Under the pieces are notes generated by a model. That model was not told the DNA's origin. It did not search any database and was given only the letters and a program-made list of their open reading frames with translations. Shown here piece after piece: positions 27,936 through 36,799 of a DNA stretch of 64,000 nt. The position numbers and the translations under genes are program-made. The stretch comes from Eggerthella sp. GTDB taxonomy: Bacteria; Actinomycetota; Coriobacteriia; Coriobacteriales; Eggerthellaceae. Position 1 is the first letter of the stretch; each line of letters begins with the position of its first letter. The stretch covers positions 64,382 to 128,381 of the forward strand of contig JAUNWY010000004.1 of NCBI GenBank assembly GCA_030540085.1. Direction: 5' to 3'.

Positions 27936-28121
27936 GAAAACAAAAAATGAGGCGTTTTTGCAATTTTTTTGCGATTACGGACTCTCTTCCGTCCCCACAA
28001 AGCGAAAACAGGCCGCGATGCAGCCGATTTACCTGCGCTTTTGCGCCTCAATCCGCAATTGGGAAGCTCGCAACAATCCGCAATCGCAAAAAAGTTGCAA
28101 AAATGTCGAGATTTTTGTTTC
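27936..28121. repeat. ~185-bp element with ~45-bp imperfect terminal inverted repeats (MITE/REP-like)
   Basis: Left arm ..TTTTTGCAATTTTTTTGCGATTACGGA, right arm TCCGCAATCGCAAAAAAGTTGCAAAAA..; outer AAACAAAAA/TTTTTGTTT also pair. Confidence 0.65.
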
Positions 28122-28193
28122 TGGACTCTCGGAATAGCTTCGGGATGATGATTTGGTCGAAACGAACCCCGCGCAGCATCGTGAGCGGCTTCA

Positions 28194-28331
28194 CGGCGGC
28201 TCCCGTGGGCGACAACCGCATACTGCGCAGCGTGGCGCCATGGGCGGGCGGCGCGTACCGCGTACCGTACAGCGTGGTGCCGGACGGGCGGCGCGTACCG
28301 TACGGCGCGGCGGCGCCCACGGGAGCCGCCG
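28194..28331. repeat. GC-rich element with perfect 18-bp inverted repeats and internal direct repeats
   Basis: CGGCGGCTCCCGTGGGCG (28194-28211) / CGCCCACGGGAGCCGCCG (28314-28331); internal CAGCGTGGYGCC..CGGGCGGCGCGTACCG occurs twice. Confidence 0.7.
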
Positions 28332-28368
28332 CGCTCTCTCAAAGCGATAGGTGAAAAAGCGCTTCACG

Positions 28369-29553
28369 CTATTTCACGGAATAGCGCTTGAGGCGCCCAA
28401 CCGCCACAGCCAGGCAGAACAGGATGGAGACCACGCCGATAATGCCGCCCGCATAAAATACGCTCGCAATGCCCAGTGCGTTAACCACCTGGCCACCCAA
28501 AAGCGCACCGGTGCCAATGCCGAAGTTGAAGATGCCCGAGAAAAATGCCATGGCAACCGTTTCCTCTTCGTCGGAAGAAACATTGATGATCTCCGCCTGG
28601 TACACAACACTCACCGAAGCCGCACTTATGCCCCACAGAACAACAACGCCAAGTATCGCCACAAGGCCCAAACCCGCCGCCGCATGCATCAGCAGCAGGG
28701 CTGCCGGCACGCCGATGGTGATAGCCCTAAAGAACGGGAAACGGAAACGGGGATACAGTTTGGAGCACAATACACTGCCGATGATGCTCGCAACACCGAA
28801 CACGGAAAGGACCAACGTAACCACATCGTTTTCCAGCCCCGCCACCTGTAGCAAGAATGGCTCGATATAGCTGTAGCCCGTATAGTAGCCCCATGCATAC
28901 AGCGCTGTAAGAATGAACAGCGCCACCAGGCCTTTGTTCTGGAACAGCCCCGGCAGCTGTCCAATGCTGAAGGGCTCTGCACCAGGAACCCAAGGCAAGG
29001 TGATAAGCAAGTACACCAGCAAAAGCGCAGAGATTACCGCAACAATGGCAAACGTCAGGCGCCATCCTACCGCCAAGCCAATAGCTCGGCCCAATGGCAA
29101 ACCAACAATGGCGGCAACAGCAGTGCCCGTCTCGACAACGCTCAGGGCAAGAGCGCGCTTGTTTTTCGGCACCAAACGCACCGCAATAGGCGCAGCAATG
29201 GCCCAAAACACCGAATGCGCGCAAGCAACCACCATGCGTGCCGCCATGAGCATCCAGTAGCTCGTCGACAGCGACGTAAGCACCTGTCCAACCAAGAACA
29301 CCACGATAACCACCAAGAGCAGCCTGCGAAAGTCCAGGCGCGTTGCGATGATCATCAATGGCACGGAAAGAAGCATTACCGCCCACGCATACACCGAAAC
29401 CAACATGCCCGTCGTAGCTTCGTTGGTTCCGAATGTCTTGCCGATATCGGTAAGCAAGCCTACTGGCATGAATTCCGAAGAATTGAACACAAACGCCGCC
29501 ACAGCGATGCCTGCAAGGGCGAGCCATTGCTTACCTGTCATTTTCTGGGTCAC
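28369..29553 (-). CDS. MFS efflux transporter (SotB/YdeA sugar-efflux-like)
   Basis: AAFVFNSSEFMPVGLLTDI, HSVFW, GLPLGR.IG...GWR, FSGIFNFGIGTGALLGG; start placed at GTG after AGGAG. Confidence 0.85.
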   Translation of the reverse strand: MTQKMTGKQWLALAGIAVAAFVFNSSEFMPVGLLTDIGKTFGTNEATTGMLVSVYAWAVMLLSVPLMIIATRLDFRRLLLVVIVVFLVGQVLTSLSTSYWMLMAARMVVACAHSVFWAIAAPIAVRLVPKNKRALALSVVETGTAVAAIVGLPLGRAIGLAVGWRLTFAIVAVISALLLVYLLITLPWVPGAEPFSIGQLPGLFQNKGLVALFILTALYAWGYYTGYSYIEPFLLQVAGLENDVVTLVLSVFGVASIIGSVLCSKLYPRFRFPFFRAITIGVPAALLLMHAAAGLGLVAILGVVVLWGISAASVSVVYQAEIINVSSDEEETVAMAFFSGIFNFGIGTGALLGGQVVNALGIASVFYAGGIIGVVSILFCLAVAVGRLKRYSVK

Positions 29554-29681
29554 CAAGCGCTCCTGAAACTCCGCTCTTAAACAAAACGAAGCCATTCTAA
29601 GCCGAAGCAAGCCCTATCGCTTTCCCCTTTCGAGCTATTCGGGAAAGATTTACAAAAACGGAAGAAGCGCGTGCTGGTTTT

Positions 29682-31331
29682 CTAATCCTCTTGATCGGCA
29701 GCCTCGGGTAAGGCGTTTTCCCCTTCCTTCAGCGCAGCAAACTTCGCCTTCATCGTAGGGTTCTTGCGCGTGAGCTTTTTGATAGTAAGGTCTTGCGCCT
29801 TGTCGTTTGCCAGGCGCAGATTCCTCTCGCTACCCAGCAGTGCCTCTTTCGTTTTCTGCAGATGGTCGATGGTCTTATCAATTTCATCTATAGCCGTCTG
29901 GAACTTGCGGCTAGCAAGGTCGTAATTGCGCGCAAACTTTGTTTTGAAATCTTCCATCGAGTTTTCGAAGTTCGTGATGTCGATGTTCTGGTTGCGCACT
30001 TCGGCAAGCTCGGTTTTATACTGCAGGGCAGACAGCGCAGCGTTGCGCAAAATGGAAATAATGGGTATGAAGAATTGCGGACGAATGACGTACATCTTTT
30101 CATATCGGTAGCTCACGTCGACAATGCCTTCGTTATAGAGCTCGTTTTCGGGTTCGAGCATGGTGCATAGAACCGCATACTCGCAGCCCTTCTTCTTGCG
30201 GTCAGAATCGAGTTTGGCGAAGAAATCCTCGTTCTTATGTTTGGTGCGCGTTTCGTCGTTTTCGTTCTTCATCTCGAACATGATGGAAACCACTTCTTCG
30301 CCCGTTGTGGGATCGGTTTCGCGGAAGACAAAATCGCCTTTGGTGCCGTCGACCACATCGTTGTCTTTTTCGAAATACGCATGAGGGAACGCCGTAGCAC
30401 GGATTTTGTTGAATTCGGTCTCGCAATGACGTTCGAGCGATTCACCAACCATCTTGGTGGAAAGGCGCGCCTTCATTTCCTTAACACGAGCAATTTCTTC
30501 GTCCTTGTACTTGATGAGCTCGTCTTTCGCAGCAAGTTCGTTAGTCATCTTCTCACGCAAGGCGGCCTGTTCCTGAGCCGCCTGAGCTTCTTGGAGCTTA
30601 ACCTGGGCAGCCAACTCGTCGCGCTGACGCTCGGCAACGGCACGAGCTTCGCTTACTGCAAGCTCTTTTTCGGCTTTGAACTGCTGAGTTTGCGATTCCA
30701 GCTGCTGCTTCTGCGCAACGATGGTTTGCTGAAGCTTTGCCGATTCCTCGGCGGCAACACGAGCGCTTTCCGCCTTATCGGCGGCCATCTTCTGGGAGTA
30801 TTGCTGAACCTGCGACTCAAGCTGCTGCTTGAAGGCGCTTTCCTGGGAGGAAATCTGCTGGCGCAATGCCGCAATTTCCGCATCGCGCTGCGCGGTTGCA
30901 TCGGAAAGCAAGCGTTCATGCTCTGCCTTGGCAATGCGATTTTGCGCATCGTGGTCGACCGAGAGCTTTTCCACGTCCGCCTGCAGCTGAGCGATTTCGG
31001 CTTGCTTCTTCGCAAGCGCCGCCTCAAGTTCATTGGCATGTTCAAGCTGAGAAGACTTTTCCGCCTGTTCGCGTTCGCGTTTTTCGGCAGCAAGACGCGT
31101 TTCCAGCTCTGCAATACGAGCATCGCGTTGAGCGGTTTCCGCCTGAGCATCCTGTTGGGCCTTGGCAACGGCAAGCTTTACCGCCTGGGCATTCTGCTCT
31201 TGAAGCATGCCTTCGCGCTGGGCTATTTCCTTGTCAAATTCAGCAGTGCGCACCTGACGTAAAATATCGGCAAAACCGCGCTCGTCAACTTGGAACACCT
31301 TTCCGCAGTGTGGGCATTTTATTTCGTTCAT
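29682..31331 (-). CDS. DUF2130-like coiled-coil protein
   Basis: IKCPHCG N-terminus, long coiled coil, [33 protein letters not shown]; RBS AAGGAG before ATG 31331. Confidence 0.8.
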   Translation of the reverse strand: MNEIKCPHCGKVFQVDERGFADILRQVRTAEFDKEIAQREGMLQEQNAQAVKLAVAKAQQDAQAETAQRDARIAELETRLAAEKREREQAEKSSQLEHANELEAALAKKQAEIAQLQADVEKLSVDHDAQNRIAKAEHERLLSDATAQRDAEIAALRQQISSQESAFKQQLESQVQQYSQKMAADKAESARVAAEESAKLQQTIVAQKQQLESQTQQFKAEKELAVSEARAVAERQRDELAAQVKLQEAQAAQEQAALREKMTNELAAKDELIKYKDEEIARVKEMKARLSTKMVGESLERHCETEFNKIRATAFPHAYFEKDNDVVDGTKGDFVFRETDPTTGEEVVSIMFEMKNENDETRTKHKNEDFFAKLDSDRKKKGCEYAVLCTMLEPENELYNEGIVDVSYRYEKMYVIRPQFFIPIISILRNAALSALQYKTELAEVRNQNIDITNFENSMEDFKTKFARNYDLASRKFQTAIDEIDKTIDHLQKTKEALLGSERNLRLANDKAQDLTIKKLTRKNPTMKAKFAALKEGENALPEAADQED

Positions 31332-31608
31332 GCGTAAGCTCCTTAAAGCGCAGATTCTTTTCGCTCCATCATACCAACCCATCGCCACGCTGCGTGTACA
31401 GCACAAAGGACAGAGAAGTGGCACATTCAGCTCAAATGCACCGTCCAACGAAAGCACAGTAACGCTCCCCGACCAGTGCCCCACACATTTGACGAAACGT
31501 CATACTAAATATGTTGCGCCAGTGCTCTCAGCTCTCTTTGCTTAGCGCATAACGCGCATTACGAATAAACTCGGGGCAACCCGCTTACTACGAGAAAGAG
31601 AAGGAATC

Positions 31609-32367
31609 ATGACTGATTCGACCATGCAACTCGTCTTGGTTCGCCACGGCGAAAGCGAATGGAACAAGCTGAACCTTTTCACCGGCTGGATGGATGTCGA
31701 CCTTACCGATACGGGCCGCAAAGAAGCATCCGATGGCGGCCGCGCCCTTGCCGAAGCTGGCTTTGACTTCGATGTGTGCTACACCTCGTACCTCAAGCGC
31801 GCCATCCACACGCTGAACCACATTCTTCAGGCAATGGATCGCGAATGGCTGCCCGTCAACAAGACGTGGCGCTTGAACGAGCGTCACTATGGCGCCCTTC
31901 AGGGTCTGAACAAGGCTGAAACCGCTGCGAAATACGGCGAAGACCAGGTTAAAATCTGGCGCCGCAGCTTCGACGTACGTCCTCCCGCACTGGAGGAAAC
32001 CGACGAGCGCAATCCTCGCCTTATGGCTCCTTACCGCAACGCTCCCGCCGATGAAATGCCCCTGGCAGAATGCCTGAAGGACACCATCGCTCGCGCATGG
32101 CCTTACTTCGAAGAGGAAATCGAACCTCAGATGCGCGCCGGCAAGCGTGTGCTCATCGTTGCTCATGGCAATTCTCTGCGCGCTCTGGTGAAGCAGTTCG
32201 ATAAGCTTTCCGACGATGAAATCGTAGGCGTAAACATCCCCACGGGTGTGCCACTGGTTTACACCTTCGACCAGGACTTCAACGTTCTTGACAAGAAGTA
32301 CGTTGGCGACGAAGAAACCATCAACGCCAAAATCAACGCGGTAGCAAACCAAGGCAAGGCCAAGTAA
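31609..32367 (+). CDS. gpmA: 2,3-bisphosphoglycerate-dependent phosphoglycerate mutase
   Basis: [40 protein letters not shown]. Confidence 0.96.
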   Translation: MTDSTMQLVLVRHGESEWNKLNLFTGWMDVDLTDTGRKEASDGGRALAEAGFDFDVCYTSYLKRAIHTLNHILQAMDREWLPVNKTWRLNERHYGALQGLNKAETAAKYGEDQVKIWRRSFDVRPPALEETDERNPRLMAPYRNAPADEMPLAECLKDTIARAWPYFEEEIEPQMRAGKRVLIVAHGNSLRALVKQFDKLSDDEIVGVNIPTGVPLVYTFDQDFNVLDKKYVGDEETINAKINAVANQGKAK

Positions 32368-32403
32368 GTTTCGCTTGCCTCAATCCCAGCAAGCTAACGC
32401 ATG

Positions 32404-32434
32404 AAAAGGCAACCTCTTTCGAGGTTGCCTTTTT
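32404..32434 (+). terminator. Intrinsic terminator after gpmA
   Basis: AAAAGGCAACCTC/GAGGTTGCCTTTT plus T tail. Confidence 0.8.
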
Positions 32435-32534
32435 GTTTGTTCGCATCTTCAAGTTTTTCGATTGCCGCTACCGCACCGCTGGGCTTAGCTTTCGCTTAGT
32501 ATCAAATCAAAGCAGCCCCAGCAAAGCGACCGAC

Positions 32535-32573
32535 AAAAAAGAGGCAGCCCCGAAAGAGGCTGCCTCTCTTTTT
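32535..32573. terminator. Intrinsic terminator after ettA (bidirectional shape)
   Basis: AAAAAAGAGGCAGCC..GGCTGCCTCTCTTTTT. Confidence 0.75.
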
Positions 32574-32601
32574 GAGTGCTCGAAAAACCACCTGCTGAAC
32601 A

Positions 32602-34281
32602 CTAATCGCGCGTAAGCTTGCGATGCAGGCGATGGGGCTTTGCAGCTTCTTCGCCCAGACGTTCGATCTTGTTCTTCTGATAAGAATCGAAGTTACCTTC
32701 GAACCAATGCCAATTGCCAGGGTTTTCATCGGTACCCTCCCACGCAAGAATATGCGTGGCAATGCGGTCGAGGAACATGCGGTCATGGCTGGTGATTACT
32801 GCACAGCCAGGGAATGCCAACAACGCTTCTTCGAGGCTTTCAAGCGTCTCTACGTCAAGGTCGTTCGTAGGCTCGTCGAGCAAGAGCAGGTTGCCGCCCT
32901 GCTTCAGCGTGAGGGCAAGGTTCAAGCGATTGCGCTCGCCGCCGGAAAGAACGCCGGCAGGCTTTTGCTGGTCAGAACCCTTGAAGCCGAAGTTTGCCAC
33001 ATACGCACGGCTGGGGATCTCGGTTTCGCCTACACGGATGTAATCCAACCCGTCGGACACCACTTCCCAAAGCGTCTTTTTCGGGTCGAGGCCTTCACGA
33101 TTCTGATCAACGTAGGAAATCTGCACGGTTTCGCCCAGCTCAAGCGTGCCGCCAGAAACCGGTTCTTTGCCCACAATCATCTTGAACAGGGTCGACTTAC
33201 CAACACCGTTGGGGCCGATAACGCCCACGATGCCGTTACGCGGCAAGCTGAATGAAAGATCGTCGATAAGAACACGATCGCCGAACTGCTTATGCAAATG
33301 CTCGACCTCAAGGACCTTAGAGCCCAAGCGAGGACCAACGGGGATCGTGATGTCAGTGAAGTCGACGCTCTTGGCGCTACGTGCCTCAGCCTCCATCTGC
33401 TCATATCGCTCAAGGCGGGCCTTGTTCTTTGCCTGGCGTGCCTTCGGGCTGGAACGAACCCATTCCAGCTCGTTCTTCATACGCTTTGCCAGCTTAGCCT
33501 GCTGCTGACCCTGCGATTCCAGACGGGCAGCCTTGGTTTCCAGGTAGGTGGAGTAGTTGCCCTTGTAGGGATACAGATGACCGCGATCAACTTCGCAGAT
33601 CCATTCAGCGACGTTGTCGAGGAAGTAGCGATCGTGCGTTACCGCAAGTACTGCGCCAGGGTAACGATGGAGGAATTGTTCCAACCACAGCACCGATTCA
33701 GCATCCAAATGGTTGGTGGGCTCGTCCAAAAGAAGAAGGTCGGGCGCTTCAAGCAGAAGCTTGCACAGCGCAACGCGACGGCGCTCGCCGCCAGAAAGCA
33801 CCTTAACGGGAGCATCAGGGTCGGGGCACTGCAGAGCATCCATTGCCTGAGAAAGTTGACTGTCAAGATCCCATCCGTTTGCAGCATCGATATCGTTTTG
33901 AAGCGCGCCCATTTCTTCCATCAGGGCATCGAAATCGGCATCGGGATCAGCCATTTCCGCACCAATGGCATTGAAACGCTCAACCTTGGCGAGCACGTCG
34001 GCAAACGCCATGCGGATGTTCTCGATTACCGTAGCCTCTTCGTCGAGCGGGGGCTCCTGCTGAAGAATACCAACGGTGTAGCCAGGGGTAAGGCGTGCGT
34101 CGCCCGCAGAAACCTCTTCGAGGCCAGCCATGACCTTTAGCAAGGTAGATTTGCCCATGCCATTGGGGCCCACTACGCCGATTTTGGCGCCAGGGTAAAA
34201 CGAAAGCGTCACGTCGTCCAAGATGACCTTGTCGCCGTGGGCTTTGCGTGCTTGATACATCTGGTAAATGAATTCAGCCAC
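32602..34281 (-). CDS. ettA: Energy-dependent translational throttle protein EttA (ABC-F)
   Basis: LSFYPGAKIGVVGPNGMGKS, two ABC domains, LEWVRSSPKARQAKNKARL linker; GTG start with AAAGGAA RBS. Confidence 0.92.
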   Translation of the reverse strand: MAEFIYQMYQARKAHGDKVILDDVTLSFYPGAKIGVVGPNGMGKSTLLKVMAGLEEVSAGDARLTPGYTVGILQQEPPLDEEATVIENIRMAFADVLAKVERFNAIGAEMADPDADFDALMEEMGALQNDIDAANGWDLDSQLSQAMDALQCPDPDAPVKVLSGGERRRVALCKLLLEAPDLLLLDEPTNHLDAESVLWLEQFLHRYPGAVLAVTHDRYFLDNVAEWICEVDRGHLYPYKGNYSTYLETKAARLESQGQQQAKLAKRMKNELEWVRSSPKARQAKNKARLERYEQMEAEARSAKSVDFTDITIPVGPRLGSKVLEVEHLHKQFGDRVLIDDLSFSLPRNGIVGVIGPNGVGKSTLFKMIVGKEPVSGGTLELGETVQISYVDQNREGLDPKKTLWEVVSDGLDYIRVGETEIPSRAYVANFGFKGSDQQKPAGVLSGGERNRLNLALTLKQGGNLLLLDEPTNDLDVETLESLEEALLAFPGCAVITSHDRMFLDRIATHILAWEGTDENPGNWHWFEGNFDSYQKNKIERLGEEAAKPHRLHRKLTRD

Positions 34282-34562
34282 AAAGATTCCTTTCACGAGG
34301 GATGCTGGTGGCCAGCAATGTGCATACTTATTTCATTATCCTATATTCGCTTGATTTCACCAAAGGGCGTCATTGGCGAAACCCCCTTGCCACCGAAACG
34401 GCAGGCAAGACCCCTAGAGGCCAAGCAGCTGCAATGCTCGTAATTGCACTATCCTTGCTTTCCGTTAACGAAGGCATGCGGCACAAACGCCATGCCCCGG
34501 AAGGATTGCCTTTAAGTCATCGCGGTATCATAAAACCAACCATTGAAACTGAACGGAGAACA

Positions 34563-35465
34563 ATGAAACTGCAGCAGCTCATCTATGCCGTTAAAGTGGC
34601 AGAATGCGGAAGCATCACAGAAGCCTCCCGCAAGCTGTTTGTGTCCCAGCCGTCCATAACCGCCGCCATCGGCGACCTGGAGCGGGAAATGGACGTGCGT
34701 ATCTTCGACCGCACCAACAAGGGCGTCATAGTGTCGGAGGAAGGCGAAACGTTCCTGGGATACGCGCGGCAAGTGCTCGAACAAGCCGACTTATTGGAAT
34801 CGCGTTATAAGGGCCAATCGCAACAAGCGCCTCATTTCAGTGTCTCCTGTCAACACTATTCCTTTGCCGTAAACGCATTTGTAGATGTGATCCGAGAATT
34901 CGATTCGGCAAGCTACGACTTCACCATTCGCGAAGAGCAGACGCATGAAATCATCGAAGACGTTGCCCATATGAAAAGCGAACTGGGCGTTCTGTATCTT
35001 TCCGCGCGAAACCGCGATGTTATCGGCAAGATGCTCACTGCCAACAACCTGGCATTTGAGCCCTTGTTCAAAGCGGACCCACACGTATTCATCTGCTCCA
35101 ACCACCCTCTGGCAAAACGAACATCAGTAACGCTCGAGGATATGGCGGATTACCCCTTCCTCTCCTACGAGCAAGGAAGCTACAACTCGTTTTATTACTC
35201 AGAGGAACTAACCACCACGCTCGACCGCAACAAAAACATCCGTGTTCGTGACCGAGCCACCTTATTTAACCTGCTCATAGGCCTAAACGGCTATACCGTT
35301 TGCTCGGGCGTCATTTCCGCCGAGCTAAACGGGCCCTCCATCATATCGGTGCCGCTCGAAATCGACGAGTATATGGAAATCGGCGTCATTTTCCGCAAGG
35401 GAACGCAGCGAAGCCGCTACGGTTTCGCCTATCTTGAAGCCCTAAAACGTCATATTTCGCAATAG
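34563..35465 (+). CDS. LysR family regulator (MtaR/CmbR-like, sulfur amino acid metabolism)
   Basis: MKLQQL.Y..GSITEAS..LFVSQPS HTH; FSVSCQHYSF and DRATLFNL signatures; directly upstream of MetE-like gene. Confidence 0.85.
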   Translation: MKLQQLIYAVKVAECGSITEASRKLFVSQPSITAAIGDLEREMDVRIFDRTNKGVIVSEEGETFLGYARQVLEQADLLESRYKGQSQQAPHFSVSCQHYSFAVNAFVDVIREFDSASYDFTIREEQTHEIIEDVAHMKSELGVLYLSARNRDVIGKMLTANNLAFEPLFKADPHVFICSNHPLAKRTSVTLEDMADYPFLSYEQGSYNSFYYSEELTTTLDRNKNIRVRDRATLFNLLIGLNGYTVCSGVISAELNGPSIISVPLEIDEYMEIGVIFRKGTQRSRYGFAYLEALKRHISQ

Positions 35466-35476
35466 GAAATACCTAT
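35462..35476. promoter_or_regulatory. Putative LysR (MtaR-type) operator upstream of MetE-like gene
   Basis: Palindrome ATAGG-AAATA-CCTAT containing T-N11-A, overlapping the LysR stop codon. Confidence 0.55.
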
Positions 35477-35567
35477 CGTTATTGCCGCATTATTGGTATT
35501 TCACAATTGCAAACTCCCTCGCCATACTTTGTCCCGTTACATCAAATCAAACGAGCAAGGAAATCAA

Positions 35568-36701
35568 TTGGCTATCACATTTGGAGAGAACGCACCGTTT
35601 CGCTGCGATATCGTAGGCAGCTTTCTACGCCCTGACGTGCTGAAGCAGGCACGTGCCGATTTCGAGGCAGGCGCCATCGACGCCGCTCGACTCAAAACCG
35701 TTGAAGACATCGCTATCCGCGATTTGGTGGCAAAGCAAAAAACCGCTGGACTGAAGGTGATCACCGACGGCGAGTTCCGCCGCAGCTACTGGCACCTCGA
35801 CTTCATGTGGGGCTTCCAGGGTATCGAACGCCGCACCAGTCGCGAGGGTTACCAGTTCCACGACGAAGAGACCACAGCCGACACAGCAGTGGTTACTGGC
35901 CCTATCACCGGAGAAAACCATCCTTTCGTTGAGCATTTCAAGTTCGTCAATGCCCTCTCCGATGAAAACCACGTTGCTCGCCAGACCATGCCCGCCCCCA
36001 TCCAAACCTTTGCGGAAGTAACGCTTGATAGGTGCGATGGGCAAATCGAAAGCCTGCGCGCCGCCTACCCCACCGATGAAGCGCTTGCCGATGCCATAGC
36101 GGCAGCATATCGCCAAGTAATCGCTGATTTATACGAAGCAGGATGCCGTAACATCCAGTTCGACGACTGCACTTGGGGTATCTACTGCGACAGTAACTTC
36201 ACGGCAAAAACCGGTCTAAAGCCCGTTGACATCCAGAAGATAAGCGAGCTTGGCGTGAACCTTAACAATGCAGCGATCGAAGATCAGCCCGACGATCTAG
36301 TAATCAATACCCATGTATGCCGCGGTAACTATCATTCCACCTACGCTTTCGAAGGTGGCTACGATCCTATCGCACCGTATCTGTTCGCCAATGAAGATGT
36401 GCGCGCCTTCTACCTGGAGTTCGACACGCCGCGCGCTGGTGGATTCGAGCCCTTGGCGCACATTGCCGATGGCAAATATGTGGTACTTGGACTGGTCACC
36501 TCCAAGCAGCCAGACCTTGAAGACAAGGAAGCGGTAAAGGCCCGCATCGCAGAAGCATCGAAGTACGTCCCGCTTGATCATCTGTGCCTTTCCCCTCAAT
36601 GCGGATTTGCTAGCTGCGAAATTGGCAACAAGCTTACCGAAGAAGAACAGTGGGCAAAAATCGCTCTGGTGCAGGAAATCGCCAAAGAGGTTTGGGGCTA
36701 A
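35568..36701 (+). CDS. Cobalamin-independent methionine synthase, single-barrel (MetE-like/YxjH family)
   Basis: DIVGSFLRP, ITDGEFRRSYWH.DF, IQFDD, HVCRGN, LEFD, LSPQCGFAS; TTG start after AAGGAA. Confidence 0.88.
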   Translation: MAITFGENAPFRCDIVGSFLRPDVLKQARADFEAGAIDAARLKTVEDIAIRDLVAKQKTAGLKVITDGEFRRSYWHLDFMWGFQGIERRTSREGYQFHDEETTADTAVVTGPITGENHPFVEHFKFVNALSDENHVARQTMPAPIQTFAEVTLDRCDGQIESLRAAYPTDEALADAIAAAYRQVIADLYEAGCRNIQFDDCTWGIYCDSNFTAKTGLKPVDIQKISELGVNLNNAAIEDQPDDLVINTHVCRGNYHSTYAFEGGYDPIAPYLFANEDVRAFYLEFDTPRAGGFEPLAHIADGKYVVLGLVTSKQPDLEDKEAVKARIAEASKYVPLDHLCLSPQCGFASCEIGNKLTEEEQWAKIALVQEIAKEVWG

Positions 36702-36725
36702 CCGATTCCTCATACCACGGCAATA

Positions 36726-36763
36726 GAAAAGGCTGGCATCCATGGGGTGCCAGCCTTTTCTTT
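36726..36763. terminator. Bidirectional terminator between MetE-like gene and purL
   Basis: GAAAAGGCTGGCATCC/GGGTGCCAGCCTTTTC. Confidence 0.8.
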
Positions 36764-36799
36764 GAGGGGATGGATAATACTCCGTTATCCCGCTTAGCC

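Noticed and set aside
27899-28354. Several overlapping short ORFs between the two MFS genes
   Set aside because: They arise from palindromic and GC-rich repeats; no RBS or domain support.
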